64,000 nt of DNA from Oikopleura dioica (GCA_907165135.1 OU015566.1:3224001-3288000), one strand, 5' to 3'; numbered from the stretch's first letter, positions 11,015-24,411 are shown. Numbers and translations are program-made. The notes: generated by a model not told the origin, from the letters alone.

Positions 11015-14000
11015 TTATAGATTTTTTAAGCCATCACCACCGACTGGAATCGCTGTCTCATGCCATTTCTTACATTCTGGCTCACAAAGCGTCCCTTCAG
11101 GAACAAAACCGCCTCTGGTATCTCTGCACATCCAGTTGTAAAACTCGCTGACGGGCAATTCTGACATGTTGCATCCGCTTGGGACGCAATCGCAGCCGCC
11201 GTAGGGGATGTCAGTATGGTCGTGGGTGAAGAACACGTGACCGTCGACGGCATTGCATCGAGCGGTTTTGGAAAGAAGGTCGCCGGAGGAACATTTTAAC
11301 TCGAAGTTGGCTGGACAGGTGGGGATGCAAAAGTCGCCCTGGTCGACATCGCCGAATGCGTTATCGCCTTTTTCGAGTTCGATAAGAGCCAAATTAGATC
11401 AAAAAAGGAAAAACTAAAAGAAGAAATTATCAAACACTGTCCTAAACAAGTCCAATTTCCAGCGCTCAGCCAAGGAAGATCAAATTCCGAGCACTTCTGA
11501 TCTTCATCAAGATAGTCGTCCTCCCAACTAGTCGCGTTTCCTGTTGAGTTTCCATTGAGCATGTCATCGACTTGCCAGTGGATTCCAGAAGGAGGAGCGA
11601 AAGTTGTCGTCATGTCGAACTCGTTGCTACGGTCAAGGCAGTTGGGTATGTAGTTGACGGGATCCCACTCGTTGATTTGATCGTTGTAGGTTAACCAACC
11701 GGATGCTGAAGAAAATGGGTTGATTTTTGGGTCGAAAAACGGGTCTTTTTTTACCTTCGTTGGCGCATTGTCCCGGCGCAAAGTTTCCAAAAGAGTAAGC
11801 ACTATCCGATCCGAGCGTTCTCCCGAGAATCCAAAATCCCATCCTGTCATTCAAATAAATGACCTTGGAACTGCTCGGCGATCGGTACCATTTTTGCCCT
11901 GCCCAGGTTCCTTGTTCTTCAAAAACTTCGCCTCCAAACTCCCATTTTTTGCAGCAGTTTTCTTCGCAGCCCATTTCATCCGAGCCGTCAGTGCAATCAG
12001 CGAACCCATCGCATCGGCGAGAGGCAAAGTATTGTTCTCCGCCGCTGTTGCACATTTCCAGCTCGTTGCCGCAAGTAGGATCGCAGCCGTAACTCTTGCA
12101 GATGCCCATCATGTCTTTTGTCGTCGGACGAAGTCGTTGGCCATTCGTGATCGGATTCAAGCCGCTTTTGAGCGTCAGAGTCGGGCCGTTACCATTCGAA
12201 AAAGCATCGGTCGAGTAATGCATTACGCTGTTGATATCGTAGCCGATGAAATTATCAGAAAACTGGTTCATGGAAATCTTGGAGAAATCCGAGGCATGTC
12301 CGTTTCGGATGTTTTCCCAGTGGATGTCGACGAAGTTGTCTCGATCGGGTCGCTGATGCTCGTGGAGAAAACCAAGCGCGTGGAAGAATTCGTGAAGGGA
12401 TCGGCCGAGAGTATGGCAGCCAGAACCAAGACTGATTGAGGTGATAAGAAGACTTGGAAATAGAGAAATTCGACATTTTTGATACAAAAATATTGTCCAA
12501 ATTTCGACAAAAAAAAACGGATTTTTTCGACAATTTTTTTTCTGAAATCTGATTGGCCAAATTTGATTGGTCAAAAATGTCGATATTTTGGTCAAATTCA
12601 TTATTTTTATTTTGCCGATTTTAGCCCCTTTTCAAGAAACCTGATGTTATGAAGTTTTCTCTATCATTTTTCGGGGATTAAAAAAGGTATCGCCCAACGC
12701 TTTAGATAAATGAAAACCCCTCTCTGAAAGCAACCCTCTCGCGAATTGAACGTGTCTAGTACCAGTTTTACGAAAAACGGCTTCTCGACTGCCGCAGCTC
12801 ACATTCCGAAGAGCCATTCCGCGGACATAATCTCTGTCAATTATTGAGCAACGTTGGCGATTAAATTTTTTGAAGAAAAAATCCCTGAAAATTTCAAAAA
12901 TCCCTAAAACTCGAAAATTATTGCTTACGTCGAGATTTTATGACGAAAACCGAATTTTACATTGAACTTCATTTTATGGATTTTTTTCTGTTTCTTAACA
13001 GACGTGAAAACCCGCCTTTATCTCGAGTATTTTCATGCAAAGTGAACGTAAAGGCGCAGCTTTAGCGCCGATTACGGAAAAAACGTTGTCAAAGTTTACG
13101 CGATTGGATCCAGCTCGTCCAGAATGCGTGAGGCATACTCTGCTGTGAAAACATGATATCAGCGCCTATCACGCTGCGAGAAAAACAAAATTCGAAGGCA
13201 AGGGGTTATTTCGATGAATTTTTTATCGAAGCGTTTTTTTTGATTGGACAAAAAAGATAATCATCAAAAAGCTAGAAAACCTGTTAGATTTTATGTTTCT
13301 CAAAGCTAAATTTCGTGCTTATCCCTAGAACATGTTAAATCCTCCTCCCGTTAGCGCCCGAAATTATAAATTCTACAACCCCTTCAACCAAATTTTCGCA
13401 GCTTTTCGAGTCTAAGGTGGCCCAAAATTTACAAACAGAACGAAAAATTTACACAATCGGCTGGTTTTTGAGGTGGAAATTCTATTCGATTGAATATTAT
13501 GCGACTGTGGCATGGGCGAAATTCGCAAATGAATTCGATTTGTTTTCAAATTTCCCATTTTTTTTTACGAAAAATACACAAAAACTTTCTTGGATTTGAA
13601 GAAGATCACGTTGTTTTTTTAGAGAAAATTCGGTATCCGACCGCGAAGATAATATGAGCCGCAATAGATACGTCAGCCGGAAAATATATTATCAAATAGA
13701 TTTTGATCGATTTCCACTCCGGAAACATAAAGTCGGAAATATGTCCAAATTTCATGAAAAAGCATGCATCATGTTTTCTTTTTAACCCCATTGGTCATTT
13801 GTGTCCAAAGTGGACATTTTAAATTTTTATTTTTCACGATTATCGCTTAAAAAATTTGGGTCCCCAAGTTAGGAGATGTCAGGAAACAACAAAAATCCCG
13901 GCAAATTTCGCTTGAAAATTTTCGACAAATCAGAAGCCTGGATTCCCCAAACGAGCCAATCAGAAGCCAAGTAGCCACCCACGCATAATTTTTCGATATT

Positions 14001-17000
14001 TTTTGCCGAACCCTAAAGAATTGGCGGAAAAAAACGAAAACTGAATTATCAGAAAATTCAACTGATAACGATTTTATCACCCTTTCCTAATCAACTGTTC
14101 TTTATGAAGCTTTCCAATATAACTCCAGCAACCGGACTGGGCACCAATGATTTTCAACCTAGCGCCGTTGAACGAGTCCGAATCGTCTTCTTTAAAAACG
14201 ATGCACTTTTTCGTCTCCGAGTTGAACCAGTCCAAGTGCTCGCGAATCGAGTTCTTCGTCGATTGAGAAAAGCCAAATTCAGCGATCGAGCCGAATTTGA
14301 AGGGAACTTGGTAGACGCCGTTTATCTTCTTTTCTTTCCACCTGAAGGAAAAAGGTATGAAACGAACGAATGATAAGATATGCAATGAAGAATTTATAAT
14401 TCGACCTTGGGAAGATGATAAAAATCTTGAAATAATATATTTTGCGGAGAGGGCGAGGTAAGAATATGCTCATAAAAATAACACAAAAACTGATGATTCG
14501 TCGATTTTTTAATCAGCAAGAGTATCGATAATTTTGAAATATACGACGGTTTTTCAGAAAATTCTCGACTAGAAAATTGGAGGTGTCAGGAAGCGACAAA
14601 ATTTCGACAAATTTTGCGTAGAAATTTTCAACCAATAAGATGCCTGGATTTGGTACACCGGCCAATCAGCAGCCGAGTAGCCGCCCACGCAAAATTTGTC
14701 GAAATTTTTTGTCGGTTCCCGATACCACCACCTAGAAAAATGCTACTTTTTTCGACTTACTGAGGTGCATTTTTCTGATTTGATCTTGCCATCAATCCAT
14801 TTTCATCTCTCCTTCTCGGTCTTGAAATTTCATCAGGTCTTCTTTGAACATGTCGAGCTGGAACATTCTCGCCATCGAGTCGTCTTTGTCGAGCTTGCCA
14901 AGGAGTCATGATCACCTTTTCAAAATCCGTCTTGAAGGGCACTTGTACTGGACTACTGTCTGATGATAGGAAGAATCGCTGCATGCCTAAAAATAATTTT
15001 TACTAAGAGTTTCTAAGTTTGGTAGATTTCAAGAGTTCTCAAGAATTTGTGATTTTATCATAACATTTTCGGGTATCATGTAAGTGCCCTTGAATCTGGA
15101 TGTTTTTGATAAGCCGGAAAGCGGAAAAAATTAGCTGAACCTGATCAAAAAGCAAGACATCTGTGATGGATTTGTACTTGTACCTAACACGTACGCCGAG
15201 CGAACTTTTAACGAATGAAAATGAAAAGATTGCAAAAAATATACATTGTCTGGAAAGTCGACATCTGAATTGGGATAAAGAAAAATTTTCGAATTTTTCA
15301 AAAAAAATAAAACTCAATAAAAGCAAAATAAAATTTGAAATTATGCTTTTCGAAAATAAAAATTCGAAATTTATTGTTTTTACAAACCTAAAAATCAATC
15401 CTAACCCTAGCGAAAGTTATCTGTTTTTCATGAGTTTTCATGAAAAACTACTATAAGACTGAAAAATTGCTGTTAAAAAGAACGTTATGAACATTGTTTT
15501 CAACAAGTTTCAATCATCGTCAAAATTCACATTTTCTACTCACGTCTCGTGCTCGCTGGCTCGGGCGGAATGCATCTCGGCTTGTACAAGGACCGCTTTG
15601 GTTGCCATTGACATCTGTTTCGCGGAACACCACTGAATTCGATTTGAAGGAGATATATTTGTAAACTTTCACGCCACTTTTCGAAACGGTCCAAAATCTC
15701 GTCATACCCATTCAATTCGTAAAAAAATTGAACAGTATCTCAGATTCATGATCATCATAATCCGAGCAAGACAGAATTTTTTGCTAAAACTAGTGGTTGT
15801 ACCGCTAACACGTGATCTCTTATCAATCGGATTCAAGTAATCCGGGGATTACTTACTCATACTCAGGATAATCGTTTGAGCCCTTTTTCAATGCTGACTA
15901 TTTTTTGAGATTTTGACATATCTTTTTAGGCTTTTCATTAATTTAAATAATCGTGAATTTATGACTCTTATGAAAGTTATGATTTATGAAACCTGAGTCA
16001 GGGTTTGAATGATCTTCTATGAAAAGCCGCTCTGCGGCTTATTTTAAACGAAGCCGCAAGCGGCTTCGCAGAATGACTATTTCGATCAATTTTTTTAATT
16101 CGGATATGAGAGCTTTCCGAAAATTAGTGGAGCGATTTCGCTCTGACAGGAATTTGACAGATGTGGAGTGCGCGTTCTCGAGAAGAACTTTCTCACTAAC
16201 GTAAGCTCCGATATTGGAGATGTCAGCGATTTTTTATATTTTTGTGGACTCACCTAAATCTGGTGCAGGAGCAAGTGACTTCTGGAATAGACGGCGTGTA
16301 ATCATCTGGGCAGGTGACTTGGCACTTCGAGGAGTCGGTCAGTTCGTCTGGGCACGAGAAATTTACACGGCTAGAAAAACGTGTAACAGGGGTTAATTGA
16401 GAGAGGGAGAGATGTTCTCATGAAGATCGCTTATCCGAGGCGAAAAATCTCTAGAAAAATTGATGAAAAATGTGAAGCCGCTTGCGGGTTCGAGCCGAAA
16501 GAAGTAAATTTTTTTCTGGGCTCGAAGCCGCAATTTAAGCCGCGCTTTTTTCGACTCGAAACCGCAAGCTGCTTCTCGATTTTCATCATTTTTTCTAGAA
16601 GAAAGAAATCTTATGTAAAGAGACAAATGTAAAAGAGGATTTGGCAGATGAGCCTCTCCGATTTGATTTTGTGAGTGAGAGCGGCCACTCGCCGCGGCGC
16701 ATCTGCCGAAAAAGCAGATTAGAAAGAAGCATTTTTGTTTGTGCGACCTTGAGAGACGCGTACTTATCGCTTTTATCGAATCATAAATATGCAGGTCTTT
16801 TGGATCATGCTTTCAAAGAAATCAAAAATTGCAAAAAAAAAATAATATTTTATGATTTCTGAATCGTTACTCATTTCAATCTTTTGCTCCGCAGCCTGCG
16901 TTAAAACCTGAGTCAGGGTTCATGAAAGATTTTCAAGACCCTGATTCAGGCTTTTTCTCAAGCTTCATCCTAACCTGTGTCGAAAACCTGAGTCAGGGTT

Positions 17001-17291
17001 CCAAAAAGATTTTCAGATTCCTGACTCAGGTTTTCCTCAAGCTACATCCGACCTGTGAAGAAAACCAGAGTCAGGTTTCTGAAAATGCTTTGACAAAACC
17101 TGACTCAGGTTTCCAACACAGGTTCCCGAAGTGTTGTTCCAAGGGTTTTTTTGTTTGTCCTTTAACTCCATTATTTCTTACCTTGATAAGTTTTTGAACC
17201 ACTGATCCGGCTTTCTACACTGAGTATTTGTAGCTATGTCGCTTCCATGAACTGAGCTTGCGGCAAGTGCCAGTAGTTTTAGCTTTACCAT
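11015..17291 (-). CDS. Multidomain astacin-family (M12A) zinc metalloprotease: signal peptide, Cys module, propeptide, catalytic domain, LDLa, Cys-rich C-terminal modules
   Basis: HEFFHALGFLHEHQRPDRD zinc motif, SVMHY Met-turn, GCWSYIG, propeptide FEKVIMTPWQ and LDLa-type RRCDGFADCTDGSDEMGC. The upstream exons 17291-17182, 16370-16254, 15632-15544 and 14986-on join with compatible phases and GT-AG ends; this 5' extension is less certain than the core at 11015-14986. Confidence 0.85.
13875..14014. mobile_element. ~140-bp MITE, family A (degenerate copy)
   Basis: Shares the TGTCAGGAA end, CCAATCAG core and GTAGCC.CCCACGCA with the copies at 14582 and 20542. Confidence 0.6.
14582..14726. mobile_element. 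~145-bp MITE, family A, in an astacin intron
   Basis: ~38-bp inverted ends GGTGTCAGGAAGCGACAAAATTTCGACAAATTTTGCGT / ACGCAAAATTTGTCGAAATTTTTTGTCGGTTCCCGATACC. Confidence 0.8.
16903..17113. promoter_or_regulatory. Cluster of six AAACC-TGA(G/C)TCA-GG palindromes (AP-1/TRE-like cores) in predicted astacin intron 1
   Basis: Cores at 16909, 16942 (TGATTCA), 16989, 17022, 17067 (AGAGTCA) and 17101, with alternating ~33/~46-bp spacing; an isolated copy lies at 15994. Confidence 0.5.
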
Positions 17292-20200
17292 GCTTTTCGT
17301 TCTGAAAAATAACGTGAATAGAAGTAGAAGCGCAAGAATAAGATTACGAGAAGCGAAGCACAACTCGAGACCCGACCGCGTAAATAATCATTATTGACGT
17401 ACCAAGACGCCAGCTGAGGTTTCAGTAATGCCATGATGCGCCATGTACTACTCATCGCGATAATTTCTTTAAACCCTGATTGGCCTCCAAGTCGAATACC
17501 GAGTTTTGATTGGATCAAATTTAAGACCAATCAAATGCTCGCATTCGGCCGTTAAGCCAATCAGATTTAAGAAAATAATTTTCGCAAATTTTATTTTTTC
17601 AAAGCTTGATCAATTTTAAGGATTTTACTCCGAAAAAAGGAGAATATCTTTGAGATCCCCTTAATTTCGGAAGCAAAGTTTCTTTGAAAAATTTCATTCT
17701 TTTCCGATTGAAGGAGATATCCTCACTCCACAGAAACATCTTATTTCCAAAAGCTGTGTAATTTGTTGGCTTGATTAAAAAAAGTAGCATTTCTAGCGTT
17801 CGGCTACTGGAATTAGACGCACCGGTAATGCGTTGCCGCCGCGTTAGGCACCCTTGCGAATACCCAGATGCCAAATCAAATAAGCATCTCGTACGTAATA
17901 TCAAGCTCCGTTTTGTCAGCTCGATTTTGGCTTTTTTTAGGAAAGAAATTACTCGCTGATTACATAAATTTCAGTATCTTTGGATCTACAAAATCTTTAG
18001 CATCTTTAAAAATTCCTAAATTGACGGTAAATCGTGAATGTTGTTTCTTTAACTGACAATTTTCCTTTCTATTTATTAAATTTAGTAAATCAAATTAATT
18101 TCAAGAATATAAAAATAGAGTTTTTTGTTATTTTTATCGACTATTTATTAAATAACTTGATTTTTTCTTTAAAATTGATAAAAAAAAATACCTTTTTGTA
18201 TGTTTTTTTGCTCAGGTTGACGTCTCTATCTTTCGATCAAAAAAAGTAAATTATCAATCAAATAAGAAAATTAAAAAGTTGGAGAGTCGAGATAATTTCT
18301 CTTTCGAACTCTTCCGGACTTGAGAAATTTCAACTTCAAGCGCGTTATTTTACAGCGCGTTGCGATGCGCGCCGCGCGCCGCCGTGAGCTCTCGCGCGCC
18401 CTCGGAGGAACTCGGAAAAGCGACGAAGAAGTGAGTTAACGATTGATTTTCTAATGACCATCAATAGCTGTTTACGGTAAAAGATGAAAAACAAGAAACT
18501 GAAGCTTCTAACATACATTTTTTTGTGTGCCGATTGATGAGTTATCACTATTTTATAACAGTTGAAAAGCAGTTGTGATGATTTATGAAATGAAGAACTA
18601 GGGATTATCATTTATAATCCCATAATAGTACCTAAATCTTATTTTGTAAAAAGCAGAATTATTGAAGTTTTTTACCAACAAGTCGATTTCAGCGGGAAAT
18701 ATAGGGATTTTCTTAGTTCAAAATATCTTTGAGCAAATGATAGTATTCCAGCTTATCTTTTTCTTCAGTTACGTCCAGCTGATTTTTTTGTTTTCAAGGT
18801 TTTCTATTTTAATCTTTTCCTCAAAAAAGACCGTTTTCGACCGTCTTTCTAAGTCTTACCGAAATAGTAAGCGACTTGACATCATGAACAGGAGCCTTAA
18901 TATAGTGACACCCTTATTTTTATGTAATGGGACAAAATTGCATTTCGTGCGAAACAAGGTTCATGAAAATGATCTCTAAAAAGACTCGAGAAAACTATTT
19001 CTTTCCATAGATTCTAGACTCTTGTCGAACTTGAAATTTTCTCCGGGATAATCTTGGGAAGATATTTTATCGAGAGACTCAGGGGTAAGTAACACGACAG
19101 CTTGGTGGAGCGGCGGTGGCCTCTAGAAATTGCAACGGCGGTTTGACTTGCGCAACCTTTTGGATTTTTTCAAGATGGAAAATCTACCGGTTTGGGAATC
19201 AGGATGCAGGATGTTTTACGTGTGACTTTGGTTTTGATTTAGACTTACAGTTTTTTTTTATTTCATTTCGACCATTTTCTTGGAAATTTCAATACTTTAG
19301 CTCTCTCAAAAGCTGAACGATAATATGAATCTCCTAAAATTGCTCAAGTCTCGTAAAAATATACGGTAAAAACCTGATTGAATTATCAAAGACGTAGATA
19401 ATTGGCCCAAACATCTTTTTGAGCCCTTTTCCTGTATATTAAATTGAGCCCTTCACGTTTCTAGCGTCCAAGAAAAAAATTATATTTGTAACGAACGACG
19501 TATTTATGCAGCTCTTTTTGAGCGACTAATTTGATTGAGGAAAAATCAGAATCCATTCTCCCGCATAAGCTTTTTCTAGTGGGTTAGAAATGTTCTTGTT
19601 TGACTCGCAATACAATCAATTCAATTGTTAACAAGTTTTGAGGACCAATTTCAGGAAAATCTGAAATTTTAGCAAAATTGGGACTTTTTGGTCATTTTTC
19701 GTCGAAAAGTTCGATTTTCAAACGCGATTTTGCGGGTGTTAGAGTCGAGATAGACCCCCAAAAAATGAAGCCTTAAAATCGTTTTTCGACCTGTAGAATC
19801 TATTTCCGGGGTCAAATTTGTGAAATTCCGAAAAAAGATTTTTCGAAGATTGTTGACGGGGGGGTCCTTAATAAAGTGACATCCTTATTTCATTATATTC
19901 AAAGAAAATATAAGGTGGAGAAGATATTTTTTATTTTTTTTTTAATTTTATCATTTTTGTCAGAATTGTCTTCAAAAAATATTTTTGAAACTCAGTTAGG
20001 AAAATCAAGTTTCCCGACATCCTAGATCTGCTTCGTTGAGCATCAATAATTACCCCTTGGAAAAGCTCGTACTAATTCTGTTTTCTCACGTTTCGCTGTT
20101 TATCTCAAAATAATTGAACAATCCAAAAATAAGTTAAATTATTGTCAAAATAAAATGAATTGTAATCCTCTTGTTGTCATATCGACAGAGAAAATCCGTT

Positions 20201-20541
20201 TACTATTCAAAAATTGAATTGACCTGCCAAGTTCTATTAATTGTTTTCAAGCGAAAAAATGGAAAAAGTGGAACACGAGTTAAAATTATTGATTGACGTG
20301 GAAAAAAGTGCTGATCAGAAGTCGAACAAGGTGTTTTACCACTAATTTTTTGTGATCAAAATATATTCAAAGAAAACAGATGAGTTTCAAGAGACAGTAT
20401 TTTTTCTCGTTGAGATTGTGACTGGCAGACCATATTGACAGTTAGAGTTTTATATACAGTACTTTAGATAAAAAAACGAGAGAGCACAAAAAGTTTAAAA
20501 AATAATTTATTATTTTTCAATAAGTGGCCATTTTTTGGGGA

Positions 20542-20683
20542 GGTGTCAGGAACCGACAATAAATTTCGACAAATTTTGCGTAGGCGGCTACTTCGATGCT
20601 TATTGGCTGGTTATCTAGGCTTCTGATTGGTTGAAAATTTCCACGCAAAAATTATCGAAATTTTCTTGTCAGCCTCCGACGCC
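20542..20683. mobile_element. ~140-bp MITE, family A, opposite orientation
   Basis: GGTGTCAGGAACCGACAATAAATTTCGACAAATTTTGCGT end; the interior is the reverse complement of the 14582 copy; followed by (CCCTAA)3 at about 20720. Confidence 0.75.
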
Positions 20684-20880
20684 ATCCCTATTTTTCCCCA
20701 GCCAATCAAAAAACAGCTACCCTAACCCTAACCCTAACTTTAAAAAATTAATTCTTCAGTTAATCACCTTACTTAGGAAAATTTCAACATCTTTATTTCT
20801 TTTCAGTATATTTAACATAAATCATTCATCAGAAATTGGGTCTTTTGGGTTGGAGTCAGGATTCTATATTTACATTGTCC

Positions 20881-23800
20881 TCAAATATCCACAGCGCTGT
20901 TCAACCCTTTTGGCTCAACATAAGTCAGGTCGTCCACCGAATCGCCCCCAGTAATCGTTGGCGGGGAAACGTAGTCTTGCAGGCCATTGTAAACTTCTTG
21001 TTCGAAATTTTCCGCGATGGAGCTTCTCGAAGCGACTTCGTAGATTTGATTGGATTTGACGGATAGAGGGTTGGATTTGGGCTCGTGGCCGTAGGCGATT
21101 TCGAAGTCGGTTGATTCGGGCGTCTGTGGCATTCGAAGCTGAGTTGGCCGCCGTTTACTGATGCTCTAGAAATATTATAATCGAGTGGATAAATTGACGG
21201 AAAATCGCCCAAATTTTGGGCGGGCAAAAATCAGAGCATTTACTGGTAACTGGTAAAAAAGTGATGTCATGTATCACTGCTGTAAAACAATATTATTGCT
21301 TTTATTCTCTAACTAAAAGATATATTTTTAACATTCTCATTTCTGATTCGGACGTCTAGAAAAGTGACTTACATTTTTGTTGAGTCTTTTGTAATGCTCC
21401 CTGAAAAACGTCGAGAGTTCTTTGAAAGAAGGTCGGTTCTGCCGCTCGAATTGCCAGCAGTATAAAAGTGTATCGTACAGTTCATCGTCACAGTGATCTG
21501 GTTTGTCGAGTCGCCGGCCGCACTGGAGGTATTCCTCAAGCTCTAGAAAAATGAGATGAAAAGAGCTCCTGAGGCGAAAGCCTACCTTTCCAATTATTCT
21601 GGGGTCCATAAGGAACCAACCCTCTCGTAAAAATCTCCCAAATCAGAATTCCAAACGCCCAAACATCGCTCATTGTCGTAAATTGCTTATTTTTCAAAAC
21701 CTCAGGCGCCAGCCACTTGATAGGAAGCTTCGTCATCGTTTGCATACTGTACTGGTCATAATCGCCGTATGCATTTTCCATGTGTTTTGCAAGGCCAAAG
21801 TCGGATATTCGGAGATTAATTTTTGCTGAAAAATAAAAAATTTTTCGTTATCTGATTGGCTGGCAGGCCGAATCGAACGATTTGATTGGCTCTAATTGGT
21901 ACGTACTTCCGTTACTTTCCAAAAGGCAATTTCTCGCAGCTAAGTCTCGATGAATCACATTCTTGGTCGACAAGTAGTCCATTCCATCCGCTGCATTCAT
22001 CGCGAATTGCATGCAAAGCTTATAAGTAACAGGGCTTTCAGGAGATCTGATAAATGTCAGAGCATCTCCTCTATCCATCAGCGGTAGAATTATCTGTTTT
22101 ATGGCTCGTTTTCGAAATCAAAATACCAAAATTGCTGATTGAAAAAGCCATTTCTCTGGGTTAATCTTCTCGTCTAAACTGACACCCTCGCATTTCATAA
22201 TATTCTCATGCTCGAATCTCGCCATTTCGAATGCCTCTTTGAAAATCTCCTTGAACAAATCCTGGTTCAGCTCTAGCATGCGCTTGCGGAAGGCCTCCAC
22301 TTCTCGATAATCTTTTTTTTTGGGTTTCGAGCTTATTTAAAAAATTGCTTATTCATCTAAGATTGAATCAAAAAAAATTTTCTGCAACCCGTTCCGACAT
22401 CGTCAGGTGGCGAAATGTCTGCCCGACACGTCTTCACGCAGCATTCTTTTCCGTCGACAATTGCTACTGATACAACTCCGAACTAGAAGAATTAGTATAA
22501 AAATATAGATAAATAGAGGTGAGATTCTTGATGTCCAGAAACCACAATTTGATTTTGAAATTGATCACCTGGTTAAATAAAAGGCTTAATTTTATTGAGA
22601 AAAATTCTTTATAATCATCGACATATCTTCTATCGAATAGGATCCTTAAGTTAACTGACCTTTTTAATATTAGATTTTTACCATTTTTACTATACAATAT
22701 GATTAAAATTTTAATTGATTATCAATTCAAAAACAAAAAAATTTTCCTACCTGGCCTTTTCCGAGAATTCTTTCTGTTCTTTTGATCCTTTCATTCGGAA
22801 TATAAAGCTTTTTGAGACCATTTGCTAGCATTGGATCTTCTTTTTCCACCTTTTGAATGTATTCTTGAAACGCTTTCGTATTGCTGATCACGAAAGACTG
22901 CGGGATTAATCGGTCCATTTCTTTGGAATTTGTTTCTTTTTGCTTCTTATTCTTCCAGAAGAGATATCCGATGACGGCGAGAAGGACGAAGATGATGGAG
23001 AAAACGACGCTGAGGATAATGGCGACCTTGTTTTTCCACGGGTTTCTGATGACTCCGATGATTTTTGACTGATTTCCAAGGCTAAAAGAAAAGCTTGACT
23101 TCGGAAAAACTGGCTGATTGGGTAGATTTGTGCTTAGCCCTCACGTTTAGCTGTTATGATGGACAATAAATGGACCCTTGTGTTTTTGGATCGATCGATT
23201 GTTAGATGTTCAACCAAAACAGAGCTCTATTTACTCTCAGCAGCAAGGAAATCAGCTCTGTTTTACGAACAATGATAATGAGATAAAAGTAGAAATGAGA
23301 AATGAATAAACAAATCATCAACAATTTGCAATTTGTTGATGTCTTGCGCCAATTAATGATTTATCTTAGAACAAGGGCCAAGGAGAAATAAGCAATTTTA
23401 CCTAAAATGCAATTCGGAATATTTCCACTGAAGATAGTGCGCCGCGTCAGATTCGTACATTGCCTCGAATCGGAGGATGTTCAGATTATCGACAGTCGTG
23501 AAAGCGCTGATATTTCTAGCGCCGTGGAGAACTGGTCCAGAGTAGCTGTCTTGTCCAAGATTATCGGCCATTGTAACTCTTTCGCCGTGCGCGATGGTGA
23601 CGTTTTGGTGCTTGTTTTTCTCGTTGAAGAATCCAAGAGAACTGTGCTTGATGAAGTATTTGAGCATATCAAGTCCGTCTTCAACATGATGGCCGGGGAC
23701 TTGGTTCAAATTCAGCTCCAAGTACTTGACTTTTCTTCCCGCTTTGTCGACTCCTTCAAGATCTTTGACCAACGAGAACTCTCTTGCGTCTCCTTTCTTT

Positions 23801-24411
23801 TCATCTTTCGATCCCTCCAGGACGAGTGGATAAAATCTGTTATCGAAAAAATCGTGGAAGACAATTTCATTTGTGATTAGCACTCCCAAACCATCCAGTT
23901 CCAAATTCAAGATTCCGCGCGACCAGTTTTTGTTCACCTCCGGCGTGTTGAAATAAACCCGATTTTCTTTTATATCAATCACTTCTACTTTCACGGGATC
24001 AAGTCTTCTATCGGGATCTTCAAGCAGAAGCTGGTATGTTTGAAAATTTGGAACTCGTGCTTTTTTCGCGCTTTCTTTCAATTCTTCGATCAGAGAGCTC
24101 AGAGTTTTCGATGATTTTGAAAGACCACCAGGCTGCCATCTTGTCACATGACATCCCATCGTTAGACCACCCTCTCGTGGCCAGTAATGAACTGTATTTT
24201 GACAATCATAAAATGCTGCGGGGCCTAGAGCAGCTTGAGCTTCTGCGGAAAGAGGAGAAGGCGAGGGTTGAATTGATCCAGTTTGAAAAAATTCTATTAA
24301 ATTCTGAAAACCTTCTTTTCCATTCTCTAGTTTTTCTTTGGCCTTCTCTCCCCATTTATAGGTCCTATCTGCTTTCGCTCTCAAAAGAAGAAATAAGAAA
24401 AAATAGTTCAT
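20881..24411 (-). CDS. Receptor tyrosine kinase with a Met/Ron-like catalytic domain and an unrecognised ectodomain
   Basis: Signal [14 protein letters not shown], ~335-aa single-exon ectodomain, [26 protein letters not shown], then [43 protein letters not shown] and [15 protein letters not shown]. Confidence 0.9.

Noticed and set aside
13783-16396. TTAACCCC...GGGGTTAA as a piggyBac-like element
   Set aside because: Complementarity stops after four C/G, and the interval contains in-frame astacin exons.
17400-20500. ncRNA or gene in the CCAAT- and GCGCGC-rich intergenic stretch
   Set aside because: Promoter-like words are present, but no tRNA, snRNA or rRNA signature and no convincing coding model.
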